DNA of 64,000 nucleotides from Balanoglossus misakiensis (taxonomy: Eukaryota > Animalia > Hemichordata). The first letter of the stretch is position 1, and each line of letters starts with the position of its first letter. Positions 63,214 to 64,000 of this stretch are shown piece after piece. The position numbers and the translations under genes were made by a program. Where the stretch lies: the NCBI GenBank assembly GCA_040954595.2, contig CM082594.2:1630247-1694246 (forward strand), given 5' to 3'. Below the pieces are notes generated by a model, which saw only the letters and a list, made by a program, of their open reading frames with translations, did no database searches and had not been told where the DNA came from.

Positions 63214-64000
63214 GGAATTTACTTTTCTTATACTTTTCCTGCGTAATTACTTGAAATCATCACAAGTGCCACAGTGGCTATTGGCTCTAGTCTTTAACCT
63301 TTAAAACTGTTTACCATTGTTACTGTATTTTTAGAGCATGCAACTGTTTGTAGATTTTGTAGTGATGTTACTATCATGCCTGACTTAAATGCTAATACAT
63401 GTAGTTCTATACACAGTGCTGTTAACAAATGTGGCCAATTTTAATGAGGTTTATTTGTTTGATCAGGAATCTTGACTGCACTTAACTATACCCAGCCCTA
63501 GCTGGGTTCAACAATTTCTCCCACAATCAGAGGACCTCCATTCATAGCTGGACTCACTGCTGGAGGCCAAGCCAGAGTGGTAGCGAACAATCATTCGGAG
63601 TTGAGGGTCTGTAATCACAATAATAGTCAGACATTTTTCACATCGGACAGTGTCTGGACAATTGTGTGTGATGTGAACATTCATAACAACTTACTGTTCA
63701 GTGGGGGTATCAATGTTTTGCCATTGACAGAGAAAGATGACACAAAAAAGAACAGTATAAACTATACCAGTACATGTATTGATAATCAGACTGAAACAAC
63801 ACTGTGTACTTTTTATATTGTATGTCATGAAGAGTATTATAGAATGAGGAGGATCACTAGAGGCAATAACATTTTACAGTGTATTAGATAGTGAACAGTC
63901 TACTAGTTTGCATGAAAATTGGGCAATGGGAGGCGTTACCAGTGTTTACCTAGGACATTGTGCATGTTTTACAAGAAATGTTTCACTAAAGTTGTATTCA

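Noticed and set aside
63450-63760. Possible terminal exons of a minus-strand gene (acceptor ~63609, donor ~63693, AATAAA ~63450) and the + strand 104-aa ORF
   Set aside because: The peptides are short and unrecognisable, and the upstream acceptor is missing; not supportable without transcripts.

Overview
Eukaryotic (marine-invertebrate-like; the 5S sequence resembles hemichordate 5S as I recall it, unverified) genomic window with three parts. (1) 1-12.8 kb: a minus-strand, two-exon family-B (adhesion/Methuselah-like) GPCR pseudogene with a signal peptide, mucin stalk and SMB-like domain. It is broken by a nonsense codon, a 2.5-kb Academ-like non-autonomous transposon and tandem TGT..ACA MITEs. 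This part also has a Harbinger-type MITE, microsatellites and a small I-PpoI-like His-Cys box (His-Me finger) nuclease ORF about 290 bp from the 5S array. (2) 12.85-57.4 kb: a 5S rDNA tandem array of 36 copies (32 full length, 4 with the same 5' deletion) in three blocks of alternating orientation (-,+,-), with about 1.06-kb and 1.31-kb units, higher-order repeats and a TTAA Kolobok-type insertion. One inversion junction is a fold-back; the other is filled by a 342-bp inverted copy of DNA lying beyond the far end of the array, which points to a giant inverted duplication. (3) 57.4-64 kb: a GA-mismatch DNA hairpin, a frameshifted two-exon gene joining a TDP-43-N-terminal-like domain to a G2E3-like HECT ligase, and several MITEs. 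All calls were made by eye; no searches were run.
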